A DNA stretch of 64,000 bases from Psilocybe cubensis (GCA_017499595.2 CM039001.1:3100001-3164000); one strand, 5' to 3'; shown: positions 12,280 to 26,998, counted from the stretch's first letter. Made by a program: numbers and translations. The notes: a model not told the origin generated them from the letters alone.

Positions 12280-13735
12280 TTAGATATTGGACCACCCGAC
12301 GACGTTGATGCTACCGTCGGAAGATGGGCCAGTGGCAGTGTTGGGGCTTCCAGGAGTCGCGGGTGTTGATACCGAAGCGTCTGTCTGAGGAGTCGATTCA
12401 GAGGCGGTAGCATTAGGTCCAGCGGCTGAGGCGGTTGCTGATGCAGATGCAATGATACTCGAGGCCTCAGCCGGGGAGATGGTGGCCGTGCTGACAGAGG
12501 AGGCAGCGGGGGCTCCCGCGCTGTCGCTGCTGCTGCTGCCGCTGCTTCCACTGGCGCTGCCGCGGGTAAGCTGGGAGAGCATCTGGGGCTGGGTATCGAT
12601 GAAGGCCATCGTTGGGCCGGCGACGAGCTGGGTGGTGGCACGATCACGGACGTTGTTGGTCAAAGGTTGGCCGTCAGAAGTGATCCAGATTCCGACAGGG
12701 CCGTTGACACCGTCGGGAACAACACAGTTATCGAATGGCAGAGGAATTGAGAAGGGCTGGCCACCAAGCATCATTTGGCAGAAGAGTTTCTGTGAAGACA
12801 ATGGTAAGAAAACTGCATAGTGTTAATGCGTTTCGATTAAACATTACCGAGGTATCGTTAGCACTGGTGATGGCCGGCGTGGAGAAGGAGAGCTTGGTTC
12901 CGGGTGCGACAACTCCAGTGTTAGTCAAGGAAAGAGCAGGGTTGGCTAAATTGAAGTGGGATTAAACTTTGAATCATTGTGTAAAATTGAGCAAGAAGCT
13001 CACCAGGGATACCAAGATCGCAAGCGCCATCGAAGAAGGGACCAGCGAGGGCGAGAACTTCACTTGGAGTGAGGGAGATGTCAAACGCAGCAGGGACGGC
13101 GGTTCCAGTTCCAGAAAGCAGGTTGAGGATAGTCTGGTGGCGAGCCTCGACAGTCAAAATTGAAGCAGCAGAATCGAGGAGGACGGGGTCAGTCATAAGA
13201 GTGGCACCGCCCAGGTAAGCACCGACACCGACAGCCTCAACAACACGGGCAGTGGCAGCCATGGTGGCGACATCCGTGAGAGCCGAGTCAAAGTTGAACT
13301 TGCAGCTTGTGATGGGCGTCTCGCCGAACGACTTCAACGCAGCCTGTAGAGAGAGAGCAAGGGTTAATCCTATTTCCGATGTCTCGGGAAAATATCGACG
13401 TACCTGGAGTACGGTGGAGTGCGTAGCTTCATCAGACTGGATGACTTTGAACTGTTCGATAGCAATCTGACTGGCAGTGAAGCCAGCAGCCTGGAAATCA
13501 CTGTCCTGGAATTTGGACAAGGCTTGAGAGTAGAAAGTGGACTCTAGTTGTTCCAAAACATCCGCGAATTCTACAGGCTGGTCAGCGCCTATTTATCCGC
13601 GATATGAAATTACAGGTACATACTGTAGACCAAGATATCTGTTGCACCAGGGGCGCGTTTTCCGTAAAATCTGGCAGGAGCAGCAGAAACGAGAGCAGCG
13701 GCTACTAGAGCGACGAAGGAGGAAGTGAATTGCAT
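12280..13735 (-). CDS. Secreted ferritin-like domain protein (Rds1-like) with Ser/Ala/Thr-rich C-terminal region
   Basis: Signal peptide MQFTSSFVALVAAALVSAAP, then KR. Ferritin-like ligand motifs LEQLESTFY, DEATH, EAVGVGAY and VEARH. Confidence 0.85.
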
Positions 13736-15063
13736 TTTAATTATTGGAAGATTGATTTTTCTGCCGGAGTAAGAAAGCCTGCTTCAAAAAGAATGTGTAG
13801 GGAGTGTAAAAAGCAGCAAGCCAAAAGACCAGGGGATGCAGCCGGGCAAGCCCAAAAAGAACGACTATACAAAAAGGGTTCAGTCAGAGGGGGTAGGAAT
13901 ATATATATGAGAAACTTACTTAGGGCACGGGGAGGAAGAAAAAGAAAGAACGAACGAAAGAGGGTGGCAAATAAGACATGATGGCGACGAGATCAGAGTA
14001 TTTGTAGCAATCCAAACTTAGGGCGTTCCACTGCTTTGGTTCCTTTCGTGTGAGTTGATTTGATTGGTTTCGGTCAGTGCGGTTATCCTCAGCTCATTTC
14101 TATGGCAATCCAAGATGGTCCCCTCACACTTATTTTTCGGCTGCAAATTCCTACTCGACTATGCACAGTAACCCGGTGGTTGCGTATTCTATCTTTTATC
14201 GTTGTCGACTGTCCAACCATTACAGTACACTACTTCACTTGGCCAGTTCTACCTTGTTGTTGGACTTGAAGCGGGTATATTTTGTTCGATTCTTACTGGT
14301 GCCGAGCCTACGTTCAAGCCAGGGCCTATCGCTATCCAGCAAATTTTGACCATTCAGATCGAAGAGCCGTGAAATGCCGTCAAAATGTCTTGAATAACCC
14401 AAAGTTCAAGAATTAATCAAAGCATATGATTTGGCCAAGCCATAACTTTCTTACTCTACTTGCCATTGGCGTTCAGTTTTCATTGCACAAATCTGTCCAG
14501 TGACGGATGAACGTCCCTAATGAACACCGAAACAACTCGAAGAATCGATAAGCGCAGAATGCATAGATCCATATGTCTTTGTCTTTTTCCTTTCCTTCCC
14601 CAAGCAGAGTACTGATCCATCACTCTTTGCACTGGGCCGTTGTCATAGCCATCACCTTGATCCGCTCCCTTGGTCCTCCAAGACTTTGGGCAGCTTCGAG
14701 CAGCCACAGGCCGCATGAGGTGTTAGCGGTTCTCACTCCGAACAACCAAGGCTGAGCTTCGGACGAAGTGATTTAGTGGAAGATCAATGCTGGAAATGTT
14801 CTTGAAATATACTAGGGTACCTTGAAGTGGGGCTACAGTTACAGTACCTTTGAAAAATTCGTCAAATTTTAGAATATGGCTGCACCTTGTCATGAAAGGT
14901 CAATCGTTCCAAAAAAAATTAATTACTCAGTCTGGACAATAACCATTCATACTTCAAAACAGCAAAGCTTGACCACAGTTGATGATGCGAACTATCAAAC
15001 TTGAGATATGAACGGATTAAATCATCAACCATCTGGCGGGCAGCCGGCAGCAACGGTGCAACA

Positions 15064-17419
15064 TCACAGATGCTTGCGAGCCAGCCACCGCGATACCATC
15101 GCGAATGATTCTGCGGGTTTATCATGGGGGACGTAAAAGGCGCAAAAAGATCATCAGTCTCTGAATCATATCTGCGAAGTGGAGCTATAAAAAGATACTC
15201 ATCATATGCCCCGCCCCTCTGATGGTAGCGAAGGTGAGTAGAGGCGTCTCTTTCACCTCGCCTGCTTTGACACCGTCAACAGTCCAGTCGCGCCATTCTT
15301 CGTCGGCGTACGATGCTTGTCCGCTCCATTCAAGTTTGTCGACCCACAGTTGGTTGGCGATATAGTTGCATTGCCAATCATATGTGCCAGCGTATATAAG
15401 TACACGGACACCACGATCAAGCAAGTTGGCAACATAATCTTGGGTGTGTACGGCCCATTTGTCCAAATGCGCTGCAAAATTTTGCCCAACAACCCGTGAG
15501 CAAGCTTCAAAATTGTAAGGGCTTTCAACTCCTAGTAGCTCTTGTGTCTCGGGGAGGTTGAGATATGTCTTAATGACATTCATTTCTCTATAGCAGAGCT
15601 CGCCTTCGCATGGCTACCAACGACGCATTGTAAACCCAGAGCACAACGTCAGCAAAAGTACGGTGGAAACAGGATGCTACAAGACATCATCATCACCTTC
15701 GTTATGTCATACACGTTTCTCCCTGAAAATGCTCAATGAACGGAGCACACGGAACACGTCGATCACATACCTGATGCATGCATCGCAGTGGAGAGTTCGC
15801 TATCACAAAAATTGACAGCTGCTTGACAGTTTATGGAGTCAAACCGGTCTACACAGCTCTGACGCATCGCTTTCTGGCAACGTGGTAGCTGATAATCCCA
15901 AATGATGAAGTTTGCGTTGTTTTGTTCAAAAAATCCATCGTTGTAAGATAATCACAGGATTTTTCAAGCCGCAACAGCACGAATTAAATAAACCATGCGA
16001 CAGTGATAGGCGGAATGTTACCGAAGACTCACCGCAGTTTTCATCCTTACGCATGTTGATATGGATTGGAAAGGAACAGGTAGAGACGCAGTGCCACATT
16101 CAACTTCGTATCGACCTTGGTAGAGGCTTTTCGTGGGAATGCCTCATCAGCGTCTGTTTAATGAACTGAGATGAAATGAATCCGACGTACGTTGAGATAT
16201 CGGTGATTCCATTTCCAATAAGGACACTTTGCAGATTAATAATTGATCCCCCTTCTCGGAGAGCGATCTGGTTTTTGTCGTATATTTCACTGGCAAAAAC
16301 AGGAAGATACCGGCCCTAAATGTGAGAGACGCAGATGCATCGGACATTGATCTGCATGAACATGGAAACAAACGAACGCCATACGATTCGCCCGACAGAT
16401 GCAGAGGTCTTCCAGAAAACTGAGTAAATGTATCGAAAAAGATGGTAATGAAGGCATGGACATTTTTGGCAGCATCTTCTGTTGTCTCGACGGTTTCTCC
16501 ATAGTCTGCATAGGAAAATCCGACTCCAACGCTGTGAAAAACAGATTCAGGATGTTCGGAGCCTTTAATGAGAGGGAGATAAAGCGAGCTCACGGTTGAT
16601 CTAAAAAGAAAATATTCGCCTCCGAGTTCCAGGAGTATGGATTCCACACTGTGCCATTAGATGAATTATTCTGCATGTCAATGCTGCATGGACCTGGTCA
16701 TAAACATAAATTTTAGAGGCACTTTTGTCCAATTTGTGTGGAGGAAGATTTACCCAATTCCATTAACAAGCCCGTCGCAGAAGAGCATCCAGGACCTGAT
16801 AATTAACGATATACTATGTGAAGTGGTATGTTGCTTGACTACCGAAACCGACAAACCTCCATTGATCCACATTATAACATCATCTAAAGTCCAAGAATGA
16901 GTTCCCGATAATACAGTGTTGCTATCGGTACAAGGACAATTGGCATGTACCTTTCTCAGGATCGCGTCGACTCTCGAAGAAATAGAAGAACATGTGTTTA
17001 GCACCGGCGTCGACGTCTAGGTATCCTGTGAAGACGCTAATGAAAACGAGAGAATTGAGTGAAGCTTGCGTAAGTCACGATGGCAATAGATTTAAAGTTG
17101 GTGAGCCTGGGATAGCTCGCCACTAGTAAAGATTCTCAAAAACTGGCAATCCGACATACTTGACAGTAGAATCGCAAAAGTTGGTTTTCTTCACGCGAAT
17201 GCGAGTATTCGGAAACGCAGGGTGAGAAAGGGTTGTAAAGTCTGTTGAGCCGATTGACGACAAATGAAGAGATTGGGCTTCGGACGAATTGTAGTTGTAG
17301 GAAGCCGTGCCAGCCTGAGAGGCGACAGTAAACTTGGCTTGTTCAGAACCATGATAAGCTGCAGCCAGAGATACAGTTGCACAGATAGCTAAGACTCGAC
17401 AGAGACTACGAAAGACCAT
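15064..17419 (-). CDS. Serine carboxypeptidase, family S10 (carboxypeptidase Y-like)
   Basis: Signal peptide, WINGG|PGCSS, GESY, AGTYDWQCN and GAGHM|VPHDKP. The last intron is AT-AC (15133-15202). Confidence 0.93.
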
Positions 17420-17751
17420 GACAGTCGATGATAAGAGGCTTCACAAATACAATACTGATCGTGAGCAACTTCATGATGTTCCACAAGGAATCGCGGGACG
17501 GCCACCGTCGAAAATAAGCGGAGTTGAACTTGATACCAGCCAGGATGGCAACTAATTCTCACGGTTCCAACACGTGTGGGAACTGGCGGCGAGAAATTTC
17601 TTCATCCACAAAAAAGTCGCTATCCGTCGACTGAATAGCCTTGCTCGCTGTCGACGCCGTCGTTGGCGTTATTTTTCCGCCATCTCAACATAAATACTTT
17701 GTATTACCAATCCTACCCTTTTACCCCTTTTCTTACCCTTAATCAACAAAA

Positions 17752-19933
17752 ATGCTCGTGCTATACGAGACTGCAATGGGCTACTGCCTGTTCAAGGTTA
17801 CCGACACGGCGAAAATCGAGAGCGCGGACCTTTGGAAAGAGTTTCAGACTCCAGAGACTGCCAGCAGACTGTGCGTTACAATAACATTTTACCGAAACAG
17901 TACAAACGGAACTCATTGCGACTCTCCAACCTTGCCTCAGACTAAAACTGAAGGCTCTCCATCGTTTCACGTCGACTGCTACAGCTGTTGAAGATATCAC
18001 CTCACTACAACAGGGAAAGCTTGGGAAGGGTCTCAAGCAATTTTTGACGGAAGAGGTTCTGGATAAAGGGAAAGGGAAGGAAGCTTTGGTTGTTATTGAC
18101 CCCCATCTCGGTTCGTTTTTGGCCATCTGAAAAAAAATATTCGACTGTCTAATTATACAACCTGTTAGGTCGCGCAATCACCAAGAAACTTAGCATCAAT
18201 GTCAATGCTATGGCCGAGGGCTCGCATGGTGATCTTTGGCGTGGAATTCGAAGTCAAATCACGGCTCTCCTTGAGGGTTTGGATCCTAAAGATTTGGCTA
18301 CCATGAGTTTGGGTCTCAGTCATTCACTGGCTCGGTGAGAGTTGGCTCAACTTTATGAAGTATAAATGTACTTACTCTGTTCCCCCATGGAAAGATTTAA
18401 ACTCAAGTTTTCACCTGACAAAGTTGACACGATGGTTGTCCAAGCCATTGCTCTCCTCGACGATCTAGACAAGGAGATCAACATATACGCCATGAGAGTA
18501 AAAGTAAGTTTATAACTTCTTCCTCATATATATGTTCTAAATTAACTGGTGCTTCAAGGAATGGTACGGCTGGCATTTCCCAGAGATGGCCAAGATAATC
18601 GTAGACAATGTTGCTTACGCCAAAACTATAAAACTTATGGGTATGTTTGTAGTACAATTATACAACTTTTTTCTTAACCTTTTTTTATTTAGGCTTCCGA
18701 ACAAACGCCTCATCAACAGATTTTGCTTCAATTCTTCCTGAAGATCTCGAAGCCGTGCTTAAAGCCGCCGCCGAAATCTCCATGGGTACAGAAATTTCAG
18801 ACTCTGACATTGCCCATATCCATTCCCTCTGCGACCAAGTTATCTCCATATCCGAATACCGCGCACAACTTGCGGAGTACCTCCGCAATCGTATGAATGC
18901 AATTGCCCCCAACCTAACAGCTCTGGTAGGAGAGCTTGTCGGCGCCCGTCTTATAAGCCACGCCGGTAGCCTGCTTAACCTTGCTAAGCATCCTGCCAGT
19001 ACCATTCAGATCCTCGGCGCTGAAAAGGCTCTTTTCCGCGCCTTGAAAACCAAACACGATACCCCCAAATATGGTCTCATTTACCACGTACGCCTTTCCC
19101 ATTTCCTTCATTTAACATTTCTGTTTATTGATATTTTTGTTAGGCTTCGCTTATTGGCCAAGCACCACCCAAACTAAAGGGGAAGGTGAGTACTTTTTCT
19201 TCGATAATTTACCTGATTTTTGACAACGCCTTCCTAAGATGGCTCGCATGGTCGCCACAAAGGCTGCCCTGTCCATTCGTGTGGATGCCCTCACAGACGC
19301 TGACGGCAAGTCAGATGAGATGGCTTCCTCAATAGGCATCGACAACCGCACTAAGCTTGAATCTCGTCTCCGCGCACTGGAGCATCAAAGTGAAGGCGGT
19401 GCTGTCCGTCGCTTCGCCGACTCTGGCAAAAAGCAGCAACGCTTCGAAATGACCGGAGAAACAAAGACCTACAATGCCCAAGCTGATCAGGTCGACTTGG
19501 TTTCGACGCAACGTGACGATCCTATGGAGGCTGCGGTCAAGGCTGTGCTCGACGTTAAGGAGGAGAAGCGAAAGGCGAAGGAAGAGAAGAAGGCGAAGAA
19601 ACGCGCTGAAAAGGAGAAGAATGCAGATTCGGATGCTATGGCCGTTGATGAGGACGAAGAGGGTGACAAATCCAAGAAGGAAAAGAAAGATAAGAAGCGT
19701 AAAAGACGAGAAAGCGAGGCTAATGGAGCTGGTCCTATGGATGAAGATGAGCCTGAGCAGCCTAAGGTACGTTGCAATCTTTGTACCAGACATAATCTTT
19801 TTAATAAATCTCTCTGCTGCAGGTGGAGACAGAGGAAGAAAAGAAGGCTAAGAAAAAGGCCAAGAAGGAGGCCAAAGCCGCTGCTGCCAATGGCTCAGAG
19901 TCACCGAAGAAAAAGAAAAAGAAATCTGACTAG
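17752..19933 (+). CDS. NOP58: Nucleolar protein 58 (box C/D snoRNP)
   Basis: [16 protein letters not shown] start, Nop domain ([61 protein letters not shown]) and KKE-rich tail. Confidence 0.95.
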
Positions 19934-20220
19934 TTGCTGTATCCTTTCTTGAATTGGATTGTTCTCATTTTTCTTTACTTCTTTGTCTATCTCACTATTA
20001 TCGCATTTCATTTATCTTGTTCATGTTTTAACGCTATGGATTGAATTTTAAAGTTGTACGAGTGTTCATTTACCGTTACCCCATTTGTGCTGGAACGGTA
20101 AATTTCTGATTTTTAACCGTGGGACCAACGCGCTCGTACGACAATCATCATGTCGCCTGAAAATGCTGCTCAAAAGTTAAACACGCTACATAGTGTTCAT
20201 CTCCAACTCCTCACAAGCCA

Positions 20221-21660
20221 ATGTCAAAGTTCTCGTTAGCTCCAGCTCCTGTCATTATTTTAACGGGGGCAAACGGGTACGTCTAAACATTCTTTTCTCG
20301 CACCGACGTGAACCCAACGTTCAATATAGAGGTGTTGGATATGGCATATGTCAACGATTGTTGTTCCAGCTTTGTCAATTGAATGCACCGGATTCACTTC
20401 CACAGCATTTTGCATCCAATGTGAAATCGCAGGAGAAGGCTCCGGTGGGATACAGGGGTGTGACGCTAATCATGGCCTGTCGAAACAAGCAGAGAGCTTC
20501 GGCTGCTCGTACGAAGCTCCTAAATTGGCTCGAAAACCAGCGGAGTACGTTGAGAGGATTACCCAACTATGACGAGGATTATACATCGACATTCATCGCG
20601 AACTGCAATGTTCACATTCACGAGTTAGACCTTGCTTCGGTGAGCAGTGTTCTCCGTTTCAGCGCTGAAATCCGCAAAACGTAAGCCAGATACAACGCCT
20701 ATGCTCTTTGTTTGCTTATGATGAATTTAGATACCCCTACGTGTCACATTTATTGCTCAATGCTGGCGTTGCGAGTTTCGTGGGTATCGACTGGATACAA
20801 TGTTTCAAGCAACTTGCTTCGGGACCCATCCATGCCATCACTGTGCCTGCATTCTATACCCAGCACATTGGAGAAATTAGTGGCGATAATCTGGGATGGG
20901 TCTGGCAATCAAACGTGTTTGGCCACTTTGTTCTGGTACGTCTCTGTTTTTTTTTTACCAGCTAGACACTTTGTAAACACGTCATGTCTGTTGCAGTTCC
21001 GAGAGCTTGAGGAAACTCTGAAGAAGTCGCCATTCGAAAGTACAAGAGTTATTTGGTGTTCGTCATTGGAAGCATCCTCGCACTTCTATGACTCTGCAGA
21101 CTGGCAATTGATCAAGACAGACCACAGCTATGAGGCCGCAAAATATCAAATTGATTTAATCGCGAACTGTTTGGATCTGATCGCCCTGCAAAACTCGGAA
21201 ACAACCAAGGTGACCCGGCATTTTGTTGGAGAACCAGGAGTTTGTTCAACTTCAATCAGCAAAGCGCTGGTCAGTGGGCTTCTGGATGAAGTCAAAGTGA
21301 TCGCGTTTTACATCGTTCGTTTTCACTCCTTTTTTTGCAATTTTGCGCCTCTGACATAAGACATTATAGGCCCGGCTATTTGGCTCCCCTCACCACACCA
21401 TTCTCCCGTGGTGTGCTGCTGTTACTTTCGTGCATCTCGTTTTGGCTCCTCTGTGCTATCTGCCCATCTTCCTGAATAACGATCCAAGTAAACCCGTACG
21501 ATTTAGCGCTCAGACCGGACGGTGGGGCGATGAATATGTTGGTTTAACGGAGGTTAAGGAATGGGAGAAACACAAAGAGGAGGGCTATGCACTGATTAAA
21601 AAATGTGACAAACTGTACGAATCGTTTAAGCAGGCAGAAGCTGTTACTCAGGATATTTAA
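20221..21660 (+). CDS. ERG27: 3-keto-steroid reductase (SDR)
   Basis: IILTGANG|GVGYGICQRL, LIMACRN, NAG, LGWVWQSNVFGHF, WCSSLEA, DWQLIK and YEAAK (YxxxK). Confidence 0.88.
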
Positions 21661-22228
21661 CTGGGCACCTAATAGGGTGAGAGTACATGTACGATATCGT
21701 ATTAATAATTAATTGATATTCCGGGGTGAATGAGCCCTCTAATAATCGTCGAAAAGGTGTTCCGATAGATAACGCCATCATTTCCCTAGACCACTGCATT
21801 GACTTTGTATGCTAGCGCTCATGGCATCTAGTTGATTTCTGTATTCGGGAGTATACACTTCATCTACCGCTTCTGGCGCCGATGCAAATCAGGATCTGCA
21901 GCAGGCACCATTAACTGGCAAAGGCAATTTTGGCAAGAGATCTGGCAAAATTAAAATACTGCACAAATGCCTAGGTTCAAAGATTATTCTTGATGTTGGA
22001 CTGAGGATTTGAGTAACTGGAGTCGTCCTTAAAGACAGTTTCCGATCGCGCTGCTGACACTGTTGTCTGAATTTCAAATTGATGATATACAAAGATGGTA
22101 ATTTTTCCTTGACATCACGGCGCTAATATCAGTTCAGTTCTTTAGATGTAGACAACACTACGCTCACCCGGCCCATGTTTCTTCAATTATAATCCTCGTT
22201 CCTACAAGGTTCCTCTATAACCCCTGCG

Positions 22229-23844
22229 TCAACCGACTATTCCCTCGTCTGTGCGCGATGCGTATAGGTAGGCCGCGAATGTATTCCTTGAATAGACGTC
22301 CTGAACATCTACTACTAGCATACCCGAAGCTGACACTTTTGGAAAGATGGATTCCCAGCGCCTTTTTATTGAGGTATGCCGTGTTGGATTATCAGCCTTC
22401 GAATGACATCGGATGGAGTTCGTTTGTGAGTGGAACAAGATGACAATTATTCGGACCTTCCGCAGGTTCTGGAACAGCGGTGATGAAGTTAGGCATTGAT
22501 CCAGCTGAGACCAGTATCTGTGCGTATGGGAGGGGTCTCTCGCAAGCGGTACCGGAGAGGTCATCTTGATTTCGAAGGTTTCTATCGTCGTGCTTCTCGA
22601 GTCCAAGAAGAGACGTCGGAGAAAATCTAGACTGGTGTCGTGTAGCATGCTAAATCTGAAAGTTCGAAGAGCTGATAGCTGGCTCATCAAAATTCGCGTT
22701 CTGTTGCTGTTGAAATGCTTTCGGGCGTGGGGATCTGTTATGCCAATTGTAGCAGTCAGCGTTGGGTATACGAAGAGTAGGGCAACGAGAGCTGGTTACC
22801 AGTAGGGTAAGCATAGCTCTCAATCTCCAAGTTAACCAAGTTGGACGGCATCCAGCTCATGAAGTCCATGATTTCTCTAAGAGAACCATAAATGGGGATT
22901 TTTTGCTCATCGAAGGGAACGGATATGATGAGTGTTTTTAAAAGCGCGAATGACGAAGAAGAAGGCGGGTTTGATTCTGAATTAAGTTGCAGCAAATTGA
23001 AAAGACCTAGATAGCAGATATTGCGTATCTCTAGTCGTCGTAGCTTTGGGGCAAGTGTACGTGTGATGGAATTCCCAGACTGTCGGATGGTAACGTCGGA
23101 TGTCATCAAAGATGCTTCTGTCTCTTCTGAGAATCCCAGGTTGTTGAGAGTGAGCTCCTCGAGGAACGGCAAGCAGAACACCTCGATAAGCAGGGATGGA
23201 GGTATGTCTGCTATGTTGGCTAGATGCAGGGTATGGAGGTTAACCGTGGTGCAGGCGCTTACAAAAGCGAGTTGGAATGCTAGAGAATTCGGCTCCCCTG
23301 CGCCATGATCGACATGATTAAGCTCAGATAATGACACGAGACTAAAGTGCCGTAGCTTGTGGGCAGGGTCGCTTATTCCGCGAAGGATTTCCGTAAAATG
23401 TCTACCCAGGTGAGTATATATTCTGTCGAGGGGAGTTGGCCTAGGCAGGTACTTGTGATGGCCTTGAGAATCCATTGACAACATCATCCCGGAGCTCTGC
23501 GCTGGGTTACTGTTGATGATTGCACAACAGAAAGAGCGTATGAGATCTGCACAGTATTCCGAAGAGGTGTTTTTAATTCGAGAGACAAGCGATTCTGCCT
23601 GCATCTTGAAGCCCTCATTCGCTCGGATGTGTAGGCGCAAGAGAAGGTGTGCTTTGGCTCTGGAGCGGAAGGCTTTCGATACGAGTGAACAGGCTATGAT
23701 ATCCTGGAGTTGCAGAGGGTCATGATAAGTGGTTTGATTGTGAGGTAAGTCTGCCAATCTGTCAACAATAAGGTCTATGAGCTCTTGAGGAAGAGAGGAG
23801 ATGGTAGCTTGAGTTTTTGCCTCAGAAGTCATCGGTTGTATCAT
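22229..23844 (-). CDS. F-box-like / LRR-like protein
   Basis: LPQELIDLIVDRL...ACSLVSKAF motif. One 3' intron joins ORFs 22756-23844 and 22229-22690; same layout as 5063-6561. Confidence 0.75.
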
Positions 23845-25282
23845 GGATTTTCACTCAAAATGAATCATCTCCTGGCAGATTATATGCGTTTTACCTCATC
23901 ATATATTTTGTTATACACAGCCATAAAACACAGCACCGAGTCGGGAAGTATTTCTTTTCTAGGTCGCGTTGCGCTGAATAAAGCATGCAAGTTTAAGTTT
24001 ATTCGCCTCGAGGATGCAGGCAGGCGTGACCGCGGCTTTGGTTTGTTCTTTACCGAAGATACAGTTTATCCCCTTGAATTCTCACTATTATTTATAAAGA
24101 TCTCGTGGTTGTATTGCCTCTGTCTCCCAAATTCTGCGAAGCTACCTCTTTCTACCTTTGTGAAGGCCTCAACGATATTGGTTTATATATAGAATCTATT
24201 AATAACGTTGAGATCGCCACTGCACAAGTCACTGGTCAGCAGGAACTCGAGCACGCAACTTATTCTACACCAAAAGCCAGACGTCTTGGTATTAGCCACT
24301 AGTAACTACATTTCTTTATCACTCAATCATTTCGTACTTTATCGAGATGAGTGCCATAATGTCTCGCAAAGGAAATAGCCTATGATTTTGCTTAACAAGG
24401 AAATGCTCCCTATTTTCTATGTGTGTACTGTCCCTTATCCAGTACTTCGTGTGCGCCCATTGCACAGCAATGAAGCCTCCAAGGCACTGGTATCTTCGTA
24501 TGTTTGGACTAGTACTTATTTGGACTTGATTTTTCTGACTTTTGGCGTTTCGATTTGATGGGAGTGGAGCTATTACAGTCGTAGTAGGAGCTTGTTAGAG
24601 TCATGAGTTTTAACTGGAAATCACTTCTGGTTGTGATATTTTTATCATTGCCTCATGGCCAACATATGTAAGTTATACTTGCAACATCCATCTTCGTCTT
24701 TCTTTGTTTCTAAAGAGTTTGAAACTCTGGGGATTCTTTACTTAGACAATGCCATGTGCCAGACAGCGAGGCAAATTATACTAAGCGCCCAAGGTTGACT
24801 TCTGTCATGTGGCTCGACCTCTGGGTGATCGGAGGTAGAATTAGAGAATATCGGTGGTCTGCTTACTTTCGAGTAATTGTACTAGCATGTGTTATACTTT
24901 TTCTTATTGCGACAGAATCTAAATCTCAGAGGTGCACATGGCAACTACTACTAGTATATAATGCTTGAACTTTGAAAAAAATTATTTGAGAAAAAAGTTG
25001 CACCTATCTGACATTGAAACGAGGAGTAAAGCCTGATCTCTAAGTGTCTTCGACTGTTGCTTGAAAAACTTTTAAACCTCTCCTTGTTTGCATTTTTCCC
25101 ATTTTCGCGAAGATCCAAATGAGGTAATAAGGCCGGGCCGTAATACCGCATCACGGGACGTGAAATTTCATGACTCGTAGTGTCACTGTCAAAGATTGCC
25201 GACCTTTGTCAATGTCTTCAATCTTCGTTCTTCCATAAAACATCTATTACATTTAAAGCAACGAACCATCTATCCGTGTACA

Positions 25283-26998
25283 ATGGCACCTCGAAGCTGT
25301 GCGTTATGTCACAAAGCGAAAGCAATGGTCAAAAGGCCTAAGACTGGCCAGCAAATCTGCCGGGATTGCTTCTTCTATGTGTTTGAAACCGAGGTTCATA
25401 ATACGATTACCGAGTCTAAGCTTTTCAATCCTGGGGATAGGGTTGCGATAGGTGCATCCGGAGGCAAAGGTGCGAGCATGTTTTTTGGATTTTGGGTTTT
25501 GGGTTTTGGGTTTTATTGGGTATTGGGCGTTGGGGTTGACCTGGGATTGCAAGGCAGATTCCACCGTTTTGGCGTATGTTATGAAGACGCTTAATGAGCG
25601 TTATCAGTATGGATTAGAGCTCTTCTTGTTGTCTATTGATGAAGGTATTACCGGGTATCGAGATGATTCTCTCGAGGTGAGTCTGTGTCGATGTGTCGAT
25701 CTCCAACCCCATCTTTGTGGGGTGCGCTAGGCACTAGGGGCTAGGCGCTAGGTGATGTTGATAGTGATAGTGATGCTGATGAGGTTTTGTTAGACTGTTA
25801 AACGGAATCAGCAGCAATATGACATGCCGCTCAAGATTTTATCCTACGACGAGCTGTACGGCTGGACGATGGATGCGATCGTATCGCAGGTCGGGAGGAA
25901 GAACAACTGCACGTTCTGCGGTGTCTTTCGCCGACAGGCTCTCGATCGCGGCGCGGCGATGTTGAATGTGGATCATATCGTTACCGGCCATAACGCAGAT
26001 GATATTGCGGAGACTGTGCTTATGAACAGTGAGTACTGTGCTTGTTTTTTTGGTAACTGTGTATGGCTCGTCTCGTATGAGAGTGGGAGACGAGAGTGTA
26101 AAGCTTAGTTGATTGACCTGGAATTGGATATAGTTATGCGCGGTGATATCGCGAGGCTCGGACGGTGCACTTCGATTTGCACGCAGGGGGAAGATACTAT
26201 CCGCCGATCCAAGCCTTTTAAATACGCATATGAAAAGGAAATCGTGATGTGAGTGTGTCTAGCCCAGCCTCTCTTACCGCCCTGTGCGCGTCTCGTTCTA
26301 GATCACCGCTGCTGACCACCCCTCCCTCCCGCTCATATTTATTAGGTATGCATACTTTAAAAAGCTAGATTACTTCTCGACAGAGTGTATCTATTCGCCG
26401 GATGCATATCGTGGGCATGCACGCGTGTTTCTGAAGGACTTGGAGGCCGCACGGCCGAGTGCTATCATCGATATCATTCATTCGGGAGAGGCTTTTGAAA
26501 TAAAGGAGGAGATCAAGGCTACGCAGAAATTGCAGCGTGAGTGTATTATCTTCAACTGCCCTATGAAACTTAAGTGCCTTTTTTGCTCATTATTTGTGTT
26601 TTTCTTTTCTTTTCTTTTTTTTAAAAAAAATTAGAAACGTGCAAGCGGTGTGGGTACATGTCGAGCAATGAATTGTGTAAAGCTTGTACCCTCCTCGAAG
26701 GCCTCGAACGAGGAATGGCAAATTCCGGCATTGTAAGTCATCTCCGCCCTCATTGATTTCCAAAGGAACAAACTAAAGGCGACTTTTACGTACTCTGTAC
26801 TTTCCCCCCAACCCAACCCCAACCCTCTTCATTTCATTTTTATAGACAGATCGAGGGCGCAAGAAGATGGAATCGGAAGGGCCTGCCCCAGACAATTTGC
26901 GGACTATCCCGTTTTTCAAGATGAACGCGAACGCGAACGCTGGCAATGCGGATGCAGCGGCTGTTGATATCACCGTTGAAAACGCCTTCGTAGGCTAG
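25283..26998 (+). CDS. NCS6: Cytoplasmic tRNA 2-thiolation protein 1
   Basis: CALC...CRDC, PP-loop [41 protein letters not shown] and C-terminal CKRC...CKAC. Confidence 0.95.

Noticed and set aside
7386-21660. Acyltransferase and SDR as a secondary-metabolite cluster
   Set aside because: No backbone synthase or P450 in the window, and the SDR is the housekeeping ERG27.
25490-25540. (TTTTGGG)n as an interstitial telomere
   Set aside because: Not TTAGGG, only a few units, and inside an intron of the repeat-rich domain.
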